64,000 nucleotides of DNA from Octopus sinensis (GCF_006345805.1 NC_043001.1:78492001-78556000), one strand, 5' to 3'. Numbered from the stretch's first letter, positions 10,860-27,530 are shown. Made by a program: numbers and translations. The notes: a model not told the origin generated them from the letters alone.

Positions 10860-11906
10860 CCCATTCTGAACGAATTTTCTTGTTACCCATGTTTGTTAAT
10901 TTGTCAGTATAAGAACATATTTTCTCGGCTTTGAAGTGATCACTTTCAAGTGATATTCAAAATGAATTCTTTTTTAATTGTATAGCTGTTATAAATGAAA
11001 GTGTAATTAAGGCAATGATCGAAAAAGCAGTGTTTCGTGAGACTACAGACCTAATGAAATATTTACTATTACACGCTTTGCGATTTGTTGATGAGAAAGA
11101 AAAGCTTGAAGAAAGGTTTAGGGGATAACTCAATGTCAATAAAGACAAAAAAGCTACATCACTGACAGAAGTTGTACATTGTTATACTAATTCACTTAAT
11201 TTGATTCTCTCTCAGTCAGCTTCATAGAGCTCACCGCAATATTCAGAACAACAAGTATGAAGAATTTTACTTCTTGGGTCTGGTTGGTGTCGCTGAACCA
11301 CCAGAGAAGCGTGATCGACATAAAGAACCAGAAGCTGCTTTAAGAACTTCGTTTAACATTTTGCGAATTCTTGGTGAGAAGAAAACGCCCCGGGAAAGGT
11401 TTTTTTGGGATGCGTCGATGTCAGTAAAGCGGGAAAAAAATAATAAAAACATCTTTGTTGAAAATTTTCTTAGTATAGATTAGTTGGATTGTTGAATCCG
11501 AAGCTTTTCCAGATATTTAATGGAAGCATTTTCATTTTTGAATGTCTGTAAAAATATTCAATTCAGATGGATTGAAATGTCAGCTCAAACCAAATTATGC
11601 TGCAGATTTTGCAAAGCAAATGTCAAACATTCAAGAAGTTGCAGACATAATACGGAGCTTGAACTAAATCAAGCTCTGGCCGGAGTAACAAAATTACGTC
11701 AGATTCTGACCACACCTACAAAATCTGCTTCCTGTAATATATAGCTTTCTTTATTAAAGAGAGTAAATAGTTATGTTAGATGTTCCCAAATTAAAGAGAG
11801 ATTCAATAAATTTGTCTTCATTTTCATGAATAAAGACCTTTTCAAGAAGATGAAGGTAGAGCATGGTGCTGATACATTTTATAGCAAAGTGATCGATGAA
11901 TTTGCC
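10860..11906 (+). pseudogene. Decayed hAT transposase (ZMYM1-like hAT type)
   Basis: Frameshifted peptides SDIQNEF, ETTDL, LRFVDEKEKLEERF, CYTNSLNLILSQSAS and the C-terminal dimerisation region ILTTPTKSASCNI*LSLLKRVNSYVRCSQIKERF...FYSKVIDEFA. There are stops and large deletions, and 11226-11483 is of uncertain origin. Confidence 0.8.
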
Positions 11907-12486
11907 GTCACCCCCCACCACCACTGTTCATCACAGGTCGGTGATCAGCACAACCCAGAACAATGGTCAACCACCGAACTTAAAGGAGGCCATTAATACC
12001 AAATTCTGCGAATTTGGCATTAAAGGGGATATTTGCCTCCTCTCTGTCCTCCCTCACCCAGTGTATCACAGATTCTCTCAATCAACTGAAAGAGAAACTT
12101 ACAATGATCCGACCCACCAGAGTTTCTACAACCTGTTTTTATCTCCGACAACGATAGGAAGGTGATTGCATCTTTTCCGGTGGGTTCTAGCACTGGGATC
12201 GATGATTGACGACCTCAGCATCTCAAAGATGTTATCTCCCTCTCAACCGGTGGTGCTGGTCTTGAGCTCTTGGAGAACCTAACGCAGTTCATAAACTTGT
12301 TCTTGTCTGAGTGACCTTTCCTACATTCGTTCCTTGTTCTTTGGGGTTAAACTATTTGGTCTCACTAATCCCAATGGTGACCTCCGCCCCATAGCCGTTG
12401 GTTGTAATCTGCAACGGTTCATAGCAAATGTGTGCCTGTCATCAGTTTCTAATTGCCTGTCCGCTGATTTTCCCTCAGTTCAGCTA
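11907..12486 (+). pseudogene. CRE-clade non-LTR retrotransposon reverse transcriptase fragment
   Basis: IASFPVGSSTGIDD*RPQHLKD...LTQFINL...FFGVKLFGLTNPNGDLRPIAVGCNLQRFIAN...VQL matches RT domains 0-2 of CRE-type elements (SFPxGSxxGxDGLRPQHLKD, RPIAVG, QLGVG). Confidence 0.8.
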
Positions 12487-12960
12487 TTTATATTGTTATT
12501 TAAATCATTAAGCGAGGTGTCATACCCAGGGTCATTATCTGAAATTAAAAGAACTTTAAAATCTAAATTATTATAGTCATTTTTTCTTTTTGCAATATTT
12601 TTCAAATGTGGAACAAAAATGCATATTGAACAACTGCTTTGTCCCCCAAGCCCTTTCATTCGGTTTCCAAATTACTGAAAGGGTTTGCTTGCTACTTTCT
12701 GTTAATGCCCTTGGGTTCATTGTACGATAAATTAGCCTCGGTTTTAATTCGCATTCAACTTTAGCATTACCTCTGAATAGAAGTGGTAATTTATGCTCCG
12801 GTGTTTTATAACCTGGTGTCGTCGCCTCTTTTCTTGCCAGAAAAAGTTGTTCACATTTTTTCCAGAATAGGCCAGTTTCGTCGACATTGAAGATTAGACG
12901 ATAATCCTACCAATTTTCTTCAATTATACCTGTCTGCTGATAAATGTTGCTTTTCACTTA
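12487..12960 (-). pseudogene. Tigger/pogo (TIGD1-like) DDE transposase fragment
   Basis: Minus strand FNVDETGLFWKK...PGYK...LLFRGNA...LKPRLIY..MNPRAL...VIWKPNERAW...KVLLISDNDPG matches pogo DDE_1 motifs. Confidence 0.85.
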
Positions 12961-13334
12961 TGGACAACCGTACTAAAAGAATAAATGACAGAAATAAATA
13001 AAATTATTTTAAAAACCACCTATTGTTTTTTTTATTAAAACAAACCATGAAAAATTTAATTTAGCCTGTATGTTTTATTCTTCTTACAGTGCGACATAAG
13101 TTACTATAAAAAATCAAGTAAAAAAAAGCCCCAAAATTCGTGGACTGCTGCTTTATCTAAGAAAATAAGTTATAATTATAAAATGGAAAAAAAAAAAAAG
13201 AAATTAAATGATCTAAGTGATGCTTTTTTTAAAAAATCAGCTTTGCCGTATTAGAGACATCGTTTTAGAAAACTTCGATTTTCTTTCTATATAGAAAGTT
13301 ATTTAAAAATAGGCATGGCTCAATATGGCTACAA

Positions 13335-13541
13335 TATTCCTTTATAATGCAGCCACAAGGGCTGAAATTCTTGGGGAATGGTTCTAGTCGATTACATCCA
13401 CCCAGTCAAGCACTGGTACTTAATTTATCGACGCCGAATGGATGAAAGGTAAAAATCGAAATGGCGGAATTTGAAAAAGAGTGGGCGAAATATTACAAAT
13501 CGTCTCGACCGATTTGCTAACAACTCTGCCAGCTCGCCGCC
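13335..13541 (-). mobile_element. tRNA-derived SINE family A
   Basis: Ends CTGCCAGCTCGCCGCC (head, reverse complement) and contains CTGGTACTTAATTTATCGAC..CGAA.GGATGAAAGG. Confidence 0.8.
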
Positions 13542-14353
13542 TCTGTATGCGACATTACAGATATTAGAAGTGGAAATATTTCCGTTTCAAAGTTTTTGAG
13601 CGGTAAAAAGCATATTTTATTCGATAACAAATTTTAGGAAAAAAAGAGGTATCCAGATCTTATTATAAACTCATGAAAACAGAAAACAATCGGACAACTA
13701 CACGAATTTTGGTAGAACTTCAAGGAGGTTTGTCAATTTATTTTGAATAATATAGTTAAGCAGTAGAATGTGTGGCACATGACATCGTGCCTGAAGGATT
13801 GGTACGGAACTGAAGATGAGGTGCTGCCAGTGTTTCAGAGGGTTTGCGGCCCCCGAAAAAGACACTTATTGACATGCCCTAATCAAATTTGATACCACTT
13901 GTTAAGGGGCCATCCCAAAAAGTTTTTGGACAAGTATCACGGGATTCCTGTATATATTTTGGATGTGCGTTTCTCGTGTCTTACTCACTACTTCAAAACG
14001 GTCCATCATAGGAGGGAAACTATTTTCGATTTCATACTTCCCGTATCTCAAAACATATACATATTTCACGGAAAATGGGGGAGGGTGGAACATTCAGAAA
14101 TCCCCCCAATTCAGTGTATGTGTGGGGGTGGACCTAGTGACTCTTCGCCACTGATCAATATACACACACACAATTATGGGGAGGTAATTTGTGATCGTTA
14201 TCATTGCGGAGAGGGGAGGTAACTGCTCAACTTTCGGCAAGGGGTAAATGAATATACATGAACAAAAATTCAAAAGCTAAAATAATGAGATGAGATATGT
14301 ACAGTGATGGGCATGTGATCATGAATTAAAATATATACGGAGATCAACGTTGG

Positions 14354-15125
14354 TTATGCGTTCATATTTAGACGTATTCTGTATTTTTCGATAATCAAAT
14401 TTTCTTCATTTAAACCTTCTTGTGTTGAAATTGTTTCATTGCACTGGTAAATGGGCAAAACTGAGAAGTTTGGTTGGATATTACCTGCACATCTCTCAAT
14501 GTGTTCGCTCAAAGGAATATGTCTGTATTGCGGGAACCGGATATGTTCCTTATGTAGTGTGGTTCTCCGTCTCAGGATCATACTTGTCTCTCCTATATGG
14601 TTATGTCCACAACCTGAGCAAGTTGTAACAAATTAGATTCTCGGAAGCACAAGTGAAGCTGGTAGTAATTGTAAACCCCTCTACTTGTTTGAATAGGAAT
14701 TCCGAGCCTTCCAGTAGGTTGGGGCATGTTCCAGAGTTCGGACGTCTATATTTTTTAACCGTTGGTTTTGTGGTTGTTGTGTAAATCTTTGCATTTGTTA
14801 GAAGTCTTTTCAGCAATTTGTGTTGCTTTTTTGCATTTAATGAATCTATGTTTTCAGAATGTTGTTCGTTCTGGATATCTTTAGTGAGCAGAGGTAGGTT
14901 TAGTACGATAGTGTTGTATGCCTCATTGCTTCTAGAGTTGATATATACGATATTGTGTTGAGATGAGGCGTGGTGTTACGTGTTGTTGTCTATAGTGTTT
15001 TAATGTCTAATTTCTTAATACGCTTAATTTCATCGTCTATAAGTGGGGGTGGATATTGTCTTTTAGTTAATGTTGTTCCGACGTCTTGAAGACGAAGGTC
15101 CCGAGAATTTCTATCAGAATAACAT
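14354..15125 (-). pseudogene. Penelope-like element: post-RT region and GIY-YIG endonuclease, decayed
   Basis: Minus strand SDRNSRDLRLQDVGTTLTKRQYPPPLIDDEIKRIK, RPNSGTCPNL, SENLI/VTTCSGCGHNHIGETSMILRRRTTLHKEHIR and EENLIIEKYR..LN. Frameshifts are present. Confidence 0.9.
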
Positions 15126-15132
15126 AATAACT

Positions 15133-15185
<53 letters not shown>

Positions 15186-15229
15186 ATGTGTGTGTGTGTG
15201 TGTGGTGTGTGTGTGTGTGTGTGTGTATT

Positions 15230-15480
15230 ATATAGTTAAATTTACAGAAAGTAAAAGACGAAGACTGTTGGAGGAACATCAAGCAGGTATAATAATTTAA
15301 CTCTCGGGAATGGAAGAAGTATTTTACGTTTCGAACCTATGTTTAAATATTTCTCTGAAGCTAAATATACACATGCTTCAGAACAAATCGTCAGTCGAGA
15401 AAAAGGTGGTAATAAGAAACTCGGGATGAGAACGGAATAAACAATTATGTGATGAATTTCATAGTTTGCAGCTCTTTCTG
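15230..15480 (-). mobile_element. Degenerate PLE-type end related to 6645-6945
   Basis: Minus strand CATAGGTTCGAAACGTAAAATAC resembles CGTAGGCTCGAAACGTTAAAGAC, and there is a CTTCGTCTTTT tail into (TA)n. The hammerhead core is lost. Confidence 0.45.
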
Positions 15481-15492
15481 CAACTATATATA

Positions 15493-15538
<46 letters not shown>

Positions 15539-15669
15539 TATATACATAAACTAAATATGACGTGTAATTGACTACACGTAACGCTGTATAGATGTATCAT
15601 TCTCCTTATTCATTTGAATTAATACACACAAACACACACCACACACACACAAACATGTATGTATATATA

Positions 15670-15700
<31 letters not shown>

Positions 15701-15721
15701 GATATATATATATATATATAT

Positions 15722-15760
<39 letters not shown>

Positions 15761-15944
15761 TAATATAGATAGCTGTGTGCATGTGTTATCAAAATGGAAA
15801 ACTATAATTGTCACTTACATGACTAGGATATTAGAAATAAGAGCTAAAAATATTTTAATTCTTTACTTGAAGCATATGATTTTATACATATATACTGACA
15901 GAAACTGTAATTGCTCGAAAACATTATTCGTATTTATATGTATT

Positions 15945-16110
15945 TGAATACGACGACCTTCTTTCATTTTCCGTCTCCTAAGTCCACTCACAAGCATTTG
16001 ATCGACCCAACGCTATAATGGAAGATACTTGCCCGAATTCCTACTCAGTGAAACTGAACCCAAAACGATATGGTTGTGAAGCAAGCTTCTTGCCACACAG
16101 CCACGCCTGT
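15945..16110 (-). mobile_element. SINE family B, 5' half
   Basis: TCCACTCACAAGC...GAAGATACTTGCCCG...GAAGCAAGCTTCTTGCCACACAGCCACGCCTG. Confidence 0.7.
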
Positions 16111-16175
16111 ACCTGTACACACATGCATGTCACAGTGAAAACCTCAAAAACAAAAAAAAAAAAATGTGAGCGCAG

Positions 16176-16687
16176 CAGACTTGATATAATGATCTGTGTT
16201 AGAGAAGAGCAACATTGCACAGTTGTGGAAATTAGCTGCCCAGCGTGTGTTAACATAAAGCTGAAAATCAGAGAAAAAGCTACAAAGAAATATGCAGTTT
16301 CTCTATCGCGATTACAAGTTCAGATTTATATCTGTTATTATAGGGGCACTGGGATACCAAGCTGCCTAAATACCAATCTTGAGAAATAAGGCTTCTCAAA
16401 ATCAGAAAGGAGAAAGCTAATTCGAAGACTACAGATCCAATCCATCACAGGAACTCGAAAAATCTGCAAAAATTTCCAGAAACTTATCATTTAAATATAT
16501 ATGAGCATATCTAGATATGCAACTATATGAATGAGAATACATACATAGAGCAAAACATTCAAATCTGCACATATACATACATGCATGCATACAAAAATAC
16601 CCTGTTGTTGATGTTCAAATTCCAATGAAGGAGCCCTCAATCTAGGTTAGAGACCGGCTCTTTCTCTATTGGCAAGAAATTTTGAAA
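16176..16687 (+). mobile_element. 3' end of RLE-type (R4/Dong-like) LINE
   Basis: RLDIMI..REEQHCTVVEISCPA..NIKLKIREK...IIGALG...LIRRLQIQSITGT is a PD-(D/E)xK restriction-like endonuclease. The 3' UTR is shared with 49292-49617 and ends in TACA repeats. Confidence 0.85.
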
Positions 16688-16949
16688 TATACATACATAA
16701 TATATACATACACACACACATACACACACACAGACACAGACACACACACACACATCTCTCTATTGAAGTAGAATGAAGCGAAAACGTAAAACCGAAACTA
16801 TGTGGTCGTTTCTATATTCGGCTCAATATTGTTATTTCATATTTGTTTCTCTTCTGTTTGAGTTTTGAATTCTATGTATCACAATGTCATACACCACTTG
16901 TTGGCTATTTTTGACTTTGGTTGGAATTTTTCCCCACCCCCGACTCGCT

Positions 16950-18960
<2,011 letters not shown>

Positions 18961-19355
18961 AAACTCCTCGGTAGCAACATTTCTGTCTCCATCTTTGACG
19001 CACACATTCTACGCTTCAAACACTTTTCCTTCATATTCTAACAGTTTCTCTCTCACTAATAAAAATAGAATTCATGGAATGAGGAGGGGTGAGGATCGTG
19101 AGAATGGTGGTTATGATGGTGTGTAGTGCAGAAGGTCCTGGCGTTGAGAGTATTTCCATAACCGTGGTAACAGTCCGTTGCACTCGGGTTCCTCGATTTT
19201 TCAAGAATAGCGAGAATATCAGAAACCACTTTTGTGAGTAAATATATAGATACACGCGAGCACATACATATTAACACATAGACTCACACATCCACAACAA
19301 CACATACACACATACACGCACACATATACACATACATACATTATACATACATACG

Positions 19356-19396
<41 letters not shown>

Positions 19397-19424
19397 GTGC
19401 ATATATATATATATATATATATAC

Positions 19425-19471
<47 letters not shown>

Positions 19472-19741
19472 TACCTTCACTCATAGATATATTCATACAT
19501 ATGCAGAAATTTAATAGAAAAACATACATACATGCTCCACCGGAAAAAGAACAACAAAACATATCAGATATATATATATATATATATATATTATATTATA
19601 TATATATATATACATATATATACATATATACATACATGTATATATATATATGCATATATACATATATAAATACATACATATATATATATATTATATATAT
19701 ATAAATATATGTTTGTATATATATATAAAAATATATGTATG

Positions 19742-19772
<31 letters not shown>

Positions 19773-19789
19773 CATACATATATATATAT

Positions 19790-19853
<64 letters not shown>

Positions 19854-20292
19854 CAAACACACACTTATACACGTCGTGAGGTAGGCCTCGAAACGGCGCG
19901 AATTCTCTCCTGATGACCCCCATACACATGCTGGCTTCTGGTATGCAGCGTTCTCGACTGGTAGCATCTGCATGTGTAAGTTGCTTGCAAAACACCAGTT
20001 GTTGCCGAAAATAGCAGTCGATAGAGGTTTGATCCTTGGTAAAACTTCACTGAATGTATAACGGCAATGATGTGACCGGGTGCGAACATAAAAAAATTTC
20101 TTGTTACCGCTAGGAAGACCGCCAGAAATTGGTATCTTGTGCTACTATTTCCTATTTATAATTCTACATTTACAGTATTTTATTTCGCTGGAAATATTAT
20201 CGTAGTGTAATAATATTTACACACACAGACACACATTCACACACATTCACACACACACACACACTCACACACACACACACAAACACACACAT

Positions 20293-20325
<33 letters not shown>

Positions 20326-20334
20326 ATATATATA

Positions 20335-20367
<33 letters not shown>

Positions 20368-20665
20368 CACAAACAAATACACACATTTATATGCTTGTTC
20401 ATAGAGAAATTTATATATAAAAATAGAGAGACGAAGGTTACATCTGACTGTACACGCACGCACGCACACACACATATTTATATACATACACCTCCTCACA
20501 CACACACACATATATTCACGCGCTGCATATCAGTTTCGAATTGGTCCTGAATTGGTTTTTCCCTCATCGGTTTTGAATAGTAGAAGAATTCATGTCAGGG
20601 GTATTTAACTCTTCAAATGTTACTGTTGCAATGGTTGGTGATGATGATGAAATGATGATGAAATA

Positions 20666-20709
<44 letters not shown>

Positions 20710-21465
20710 AATGTCGACGAGTCCATCACAGAATTTTCTCAGAAGCTCAGAGCGATAACATTTATAATAATATCTTCATAACAACGAACGAAAGCTTATA
20801 AAATGCATGATTGTGAGAGGAAATAATTGAAGGGCCTATGAGCAAGTTCAGAGAGAGACAGACAGAAAGACAGAGAGAGAGAGAGGGGGGAGTAGAGAGA
20901 CAGAGACAGAGAAAGATAGACAGATAAGGGAGTGAAAGAGAGGAGGAGGAAAAGGAGGTGAGAGAAGGTGTAGCGGAATGAGAATGCAAATCATTGGAAG
21001 CAAATGAAACGAAATCGAATAAGTGAGGCGAATGAATGGTTGGAGATTGTTGGAACCAATATCATTTGTTTTAGTGTGACAAAAGACCATAATATCTACA
21101 AGAAAATAATTATTTCTAACATTGGTACATAAAGGCAATAAATTTTCTAGAAAAGGAAGCAGAATCGATTTAATCGATTTCGGTGTGCATGATTAATATA
21201 AGCTTCCTCGACAACGTAAAGTGTGAAAAGAAAATTTGGCTCGAGTTGGATTTGAACTCAGAATGTGAAAGAGTATGTTGTTGACGTCATAAGAATTCCA
21301 TGAATCTTCGAAAGAACGTGAAACGATTCTTTTGGAATACTGTATCTCGAAGTACACATGAAGTTATAAATCATAGTATGTAGATATTTGGGTTGAATAA
21401 TCCTGTCTTTTTTTTAAGAAACAAATCAAAGGCTCATGACTAAATGTCACATTTCTGCCTTCCCC

Positions 21466-21510
<45 letters not shown>

Positions 21511-22769
21511 TCTGTCTGTCTGTCTCTGTCTATCTGTCTGTTAGTCTATCTCTGTCTCTCCCTCCCTCCCGCCCTCCCTCTCTTTCTCCATCTCTCTCTC
21601 TCTCATTGGTTTGATCTGAAAGAAGTGGTTGCACCATGCCTTACATAGGCTCTTCTACATATGTAAGACCGCCAAAGTTTTGAGAAGTCACTAAGACAAT
21701 CGAAGAAGGATTTTTTGTTGGCACACGTTCTAAAGGACGGGAGAGTCAATGGGCGTTATTAGGAAACTAAGCTAGGTACAAGATACTAAAATTATGGTTG
21801 CATGGTAAACTGACTGAATTTATCACTGTACCTAACTGACATCCGGTTTTTTTTCCAGTTGGGATGGGAAAAGAGGGGATTTGAAACCAGCTGGATTTGG
21901 GTCATAAACAAAAATACAGGTAGACACTTAACAGCAGAGAGGTCATCATTTGTTCATATTATTTGGCAGGATTAGTAGTATGACTTGAAATTGAAGAATA
22001 AAGGAGAAAAATAAGTAGAAGGTGCATATTTATTTATTTATTTTTCCTTGACTATTACTAAATTATTAAGATTCCAGTCTTGTATTATCCTGTATAGCAC
22101 TATTTTATTCTTTTTAGCAGTCAGTATTTTGACCGAAATCTCAATCCACTCTGTCATATTCCGTCCCCTTACGGAGCAAGGCTCTTCTCTTGCCTCTCGT
22201 ATATAATACAAGATTAAGGTATTGCATGCGAATGAAATAACAGGAACTGTTACAAAATACAAAAATGATTATTTCACGATCCTTTTGAATTCCCTCCCTA
22301 TTTTATAAATAGATGCCACAACTCGTTCAGTTCACAACCTGATTTCAGAACATGCATGGTCATGTTTGTGGTTTAGTCTAAGGTACTAAGATAGACCTAT
22401 GTCTAAAAAGGAAGTGTTAACTGCTAGAATGCCATTGATTATAGACTTGCCTCATATGAGTAAGTGTGTGGGTTCTCTTGAGGGAATATTTCATGATTCA
22501 AGCGCTCTATCTAGTGGATCGCGCGTTCGAATCACGAACTTAAGGTCGTGAACTCGATTCCTGGATCGGACGGCTAATGGTGTCCTTGAGCAAGGCTCTT
22601 CGTTACGTGCTATCCTAGTCTAACCAGCAATAATGAGTAGTAGACAGGGAGTTGGTGCATCTCTCTCTCTCTCCCTCTCTCTTTCTCTCACTTTTCTTCT
22701 CCGGCTCTTACATTCTGGATGTTCCGCAGAGTCAGATGTGAGAGGAAGTGAAGGGCGTCTATGAGGCTT

Positions 22770-23850
22770 TAAGTATATAAACACCGGGACGATTAGCAAA
22801 AACTTGGTACAGGTTGCCACGCTTTAGGGTCTTTTGCACTGAAACAATTAACGAAAACTCGGTACAGATTATCATGCTTCCAGGTTCATAAACGCCGAAA
22901 CAATTCTTTTCTACACTAGGCACAAGGCCCGAAATTTTGGGGGAGGGGATCAGTCGATTTGATCGACTCCAGTATGCAACTTATTTTATCGACCCCGAAA
23001 GGATGAAAGGAAAAATCGACCTCGGTGGAATTTGAACTCAGAACATAAAGACAGGCGAAGCATTTCACCCGGCATGCTAACGTTACTTATTTCTTTATTG
23101 CCCACAAGGGGCTAAACAAGGACAGACAAACGGATTAAGTCGATTACATTGATCCCAGTGAGTAACTGGTACTTAATTTATCGACCCCGAAAGGATGAAA
23201 GGCAAAGTCTACCTCGGCGGAATTTGAACTCAGAACTTAGTGGCAGACGAAATACCTATTTCTTTACTACCCACAAGGGGCTAAACACAGAGAGGACAAA
23301 CCAGGACAGACAAACGGATTAAGTCGATTATATCGACCCCGGTGCGTAACTGGTACTTAATTTATCGACCCCGAAAGGATGAAAGGCAAAGTCGACCTCG
23401 GCGGAATTTGAACTCAGAACGTAGCGACAGACGAAATATCGCCCGCCGTGCTACCGTTTCTGCTAGCTCGCCGCCTTAAAAACCGAAACAACCAGCAAAA
23501 GTTAGTACAGATTACCGCACTTTAGGTGCATTTGCACCGAAACTATTCTCGATAACTTAGTTCGGATTACCATGCTTGGAGTACATAAACACCAAAATAA
23601 TTAGTAAAACCTTGGTACGGATTACTACGTTTTCGGTACATAAGCACCGAAACAATTAGCGAAATTTTGGTACGGATTACCACGATTTACATACGTAAGC
23701 AACGAAAACATTAGCGCAAACTTGGCACGCACAACCATGCTTTAGGTACATAAGCACCGAAAAAATTAGTAAAAACCTTGGTACGAATTACCACGCTTTT
23801 GGTACAGAAGAACCGAAATTATTAACCGAAACGTGGTACGGATTACTTAG
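22770..23850. repeat. 55-bp diverged minisatellite interrupted by SINE A multimer
   Basis: Unit starts at 23534, 23589, 23644, 23699, 23754 and 23810, with two more units at 22770-22900. Approximate consensus GCACCGAAACAATTAGCGAAAACTTGGTACGGATTACCACGCTTTAGGTACATAA. Confidence 0.85.
22905..23477 (-). mobile_element. Head-to-tail trimer of SINE family A units
   Basis: TTTATCGACCCCGAAAGGATGAAAGG...GGAATTTGAACTCAGAAC occurs three times. Only the rightmost unit has the complete head (GCTCGCCGCC). Confidence 0.9.
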
Positions 23851-24583
23851 CGATCTTCACTTGCATCTGACAGTCAGTTGTAGTATAGTACTATTTCAGG
23901 GCTAACTGATGGCTGATTAATGCAGCTGTTTGAACCATTTTGGATCAGATCTTTTTTCCGCAGCTGGCATTACTATACTACTCATCCAGGGTTAATCGAT
24001 GGCTAAAGAACAACGCAATTATTTGAACAATTATTTTGGATCAAATCTCTTTCAGAAGCATGTTGCGTTTCAATGTTATATTATCAATGTTAATTTCATC
24101 AATTCCATTATTTTATATCAGAAAATCCTTAATATCCTAAATGTTTTTTTTTTTCTGGCTATTGTTTTGCAAATGAAATAATGAGAAACATTTAACTCGT
24201 AATCACCCAGTCAATTTGACTATAAAATAAGAACTCTAGGGATACATTGTTCTTTAGTATATGCAGCATAAAACGGATGATGAGATTTGCATTAGCTTGA
24301 AACCTTCCCTTGGGCAAAACTCAATACAGCAACAACCAACGGCACAGAAATCCGTGGAAATATGCTTTTGAAATATACTTTAAGGCTCTTAAAACAGGAG
24401 CATGGTTCAGTGCTTCTTTTTTTTTTTATTACTATGGAAATCTTTCATGTTTTCCTATATACGCATGTGTTTATATACACGACTATGCATATATATATAC
24501 ATATATATAGACACACAGAGAAATACACACACACATATATAGATATGTATGTATGTATCTATACAAACATGCATATATATATG

Positions 24584-24624
<41 letters not shown>

Positions 24625-25088
24625 GAAAGGTGAGTCTGTATGTGTGCAAGTGTGTGTGTGAATGCGTGCTATACTCACACCATAATTATGTTCAGCCATT
24701 AGCCACACCTACAAGGATATCGAATCCTGCTGGTTATAAGTTATATTACCACATAATAATCCATGCATAATACAAAGCACTCTCTCTTCCGCACTCCCTC
24801 TCTCATATACACATATGTATATGCATGCATGCATACATACATACATACATATATACATACATACATACATACATATATACATACATACATACATACATAC
24901 ATACATACATACATACATTGACTGATAAATAGTAAGATCAATTTATTCATTAGTGATATAAGTGATATTTATAACTTCTTAAACATATATCTCGTGATGA
25001 AGGTATGTGCTACCAAATATTAGTTATGACTCAAAGCGATACTAACAAGATAAATAAACGTGTAATAATAATAATAATAATAATAATG

Positions 25089-25134
<46 letters not shown>

Positions 25135-25151
25135 TGATAATAATAATAATA

Positions 25152-26892
<1,741 letters not shown>

Positions 26893-26986
26893 AATAATAA
26901 TAATAATAATAATAATAATGATGATGATGATGATGATAATGATGATGATGATGATGATAATGATGATGATGATGATGATGATAATG

Positions 26987-27018
<32 letters not shown>

Positions 27019-27049
27019 AATGATGATAATGATGATGATGATGATGATG

Positions 27050-27104
<55 letters not shown>

Positions 27105-27107
<3 letters not shown>

Positions 27108-27530
27108 TCCTTCCTACTATAGGCACAAGGTATGAAATTCTTGTGGGGGGGGGAACTAGTCGGTTACTTGGACCCCAGGGATTCACTGGTACTTAATTTA
27201 TTATCCCCGAAATGATGAAAGGCAAAGTCGACCTCGGTGAAACTTGAACTTAGAGCGGAAAGACGGACGAAATGCTGCAAAGTATTTTGCCCGGTGTGCT
27301 AACGATTCTGCCAGCTTATAATTCGTTCTAATTTTAGCAGGAAGTGCGTATTTTTTAGTGGAGAGGCCACTCGATTACATCAAATCCTGTAATTGACTAG
27401 TACTTTATTTTATCAACCCCGAAAGGATGAAAGGCGAAGTGAGGCTTGATGGCATCTGAACTCAGAACACAAAGAACTAAAAATATCGCTTAGCATCTTG
27501 CCTGACGCGTTAACGATTCTCCCAGCTTAT
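27105..27530 (-). mobile_element. Two diverged SINE family A copies
   Basis: CCCCGAAA.GATGAAAGGC.AAGT motif near 27205 and 27418, each followed by AACGATTCT.CCAGCTTA. Confidence 0.75.

Noticed and set aside
11270-11310. P-type ATPase-like motif FLGLVGVAEPP
   Set aside because: The resemblance is short, the DPPR and following TGD motifs are absent, and it sits inside a TE mosaic.
13760-13935. Possible mariner N-terminus and TIR (GGGGCCATCCCAAAAAGTT)
   Set aside because: The similarity is too weak and no partner TIR was found.
19120-19233. Possible exon ending at a GTGAGT donor
   Set aside because: No convincing in-frame acceptor and no recognisable peptide.
19870-19920. Hammerhead-like GAGG-tagg-CCTC-GAAAC with a nearby CTGATGA
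   Set aside because: There is no core upstream of the stem, and the downstream CTGATGA-CCCC cannot pair to close stem II.
22313-22459. Possible exons (AG|ATGCC...AG|GTACTA; GTAAGT at 22460)
   Set aside because: Alternative boundaries conflict, the longer form has stops in all frames and the peptides are unrecognised.
22770-23850. CRISPR-like periodic array
   Set aside because: Whole 55-bp units are homologous, with no unique spacers between constant repeats and no cas genes, in a eukaryotic context.
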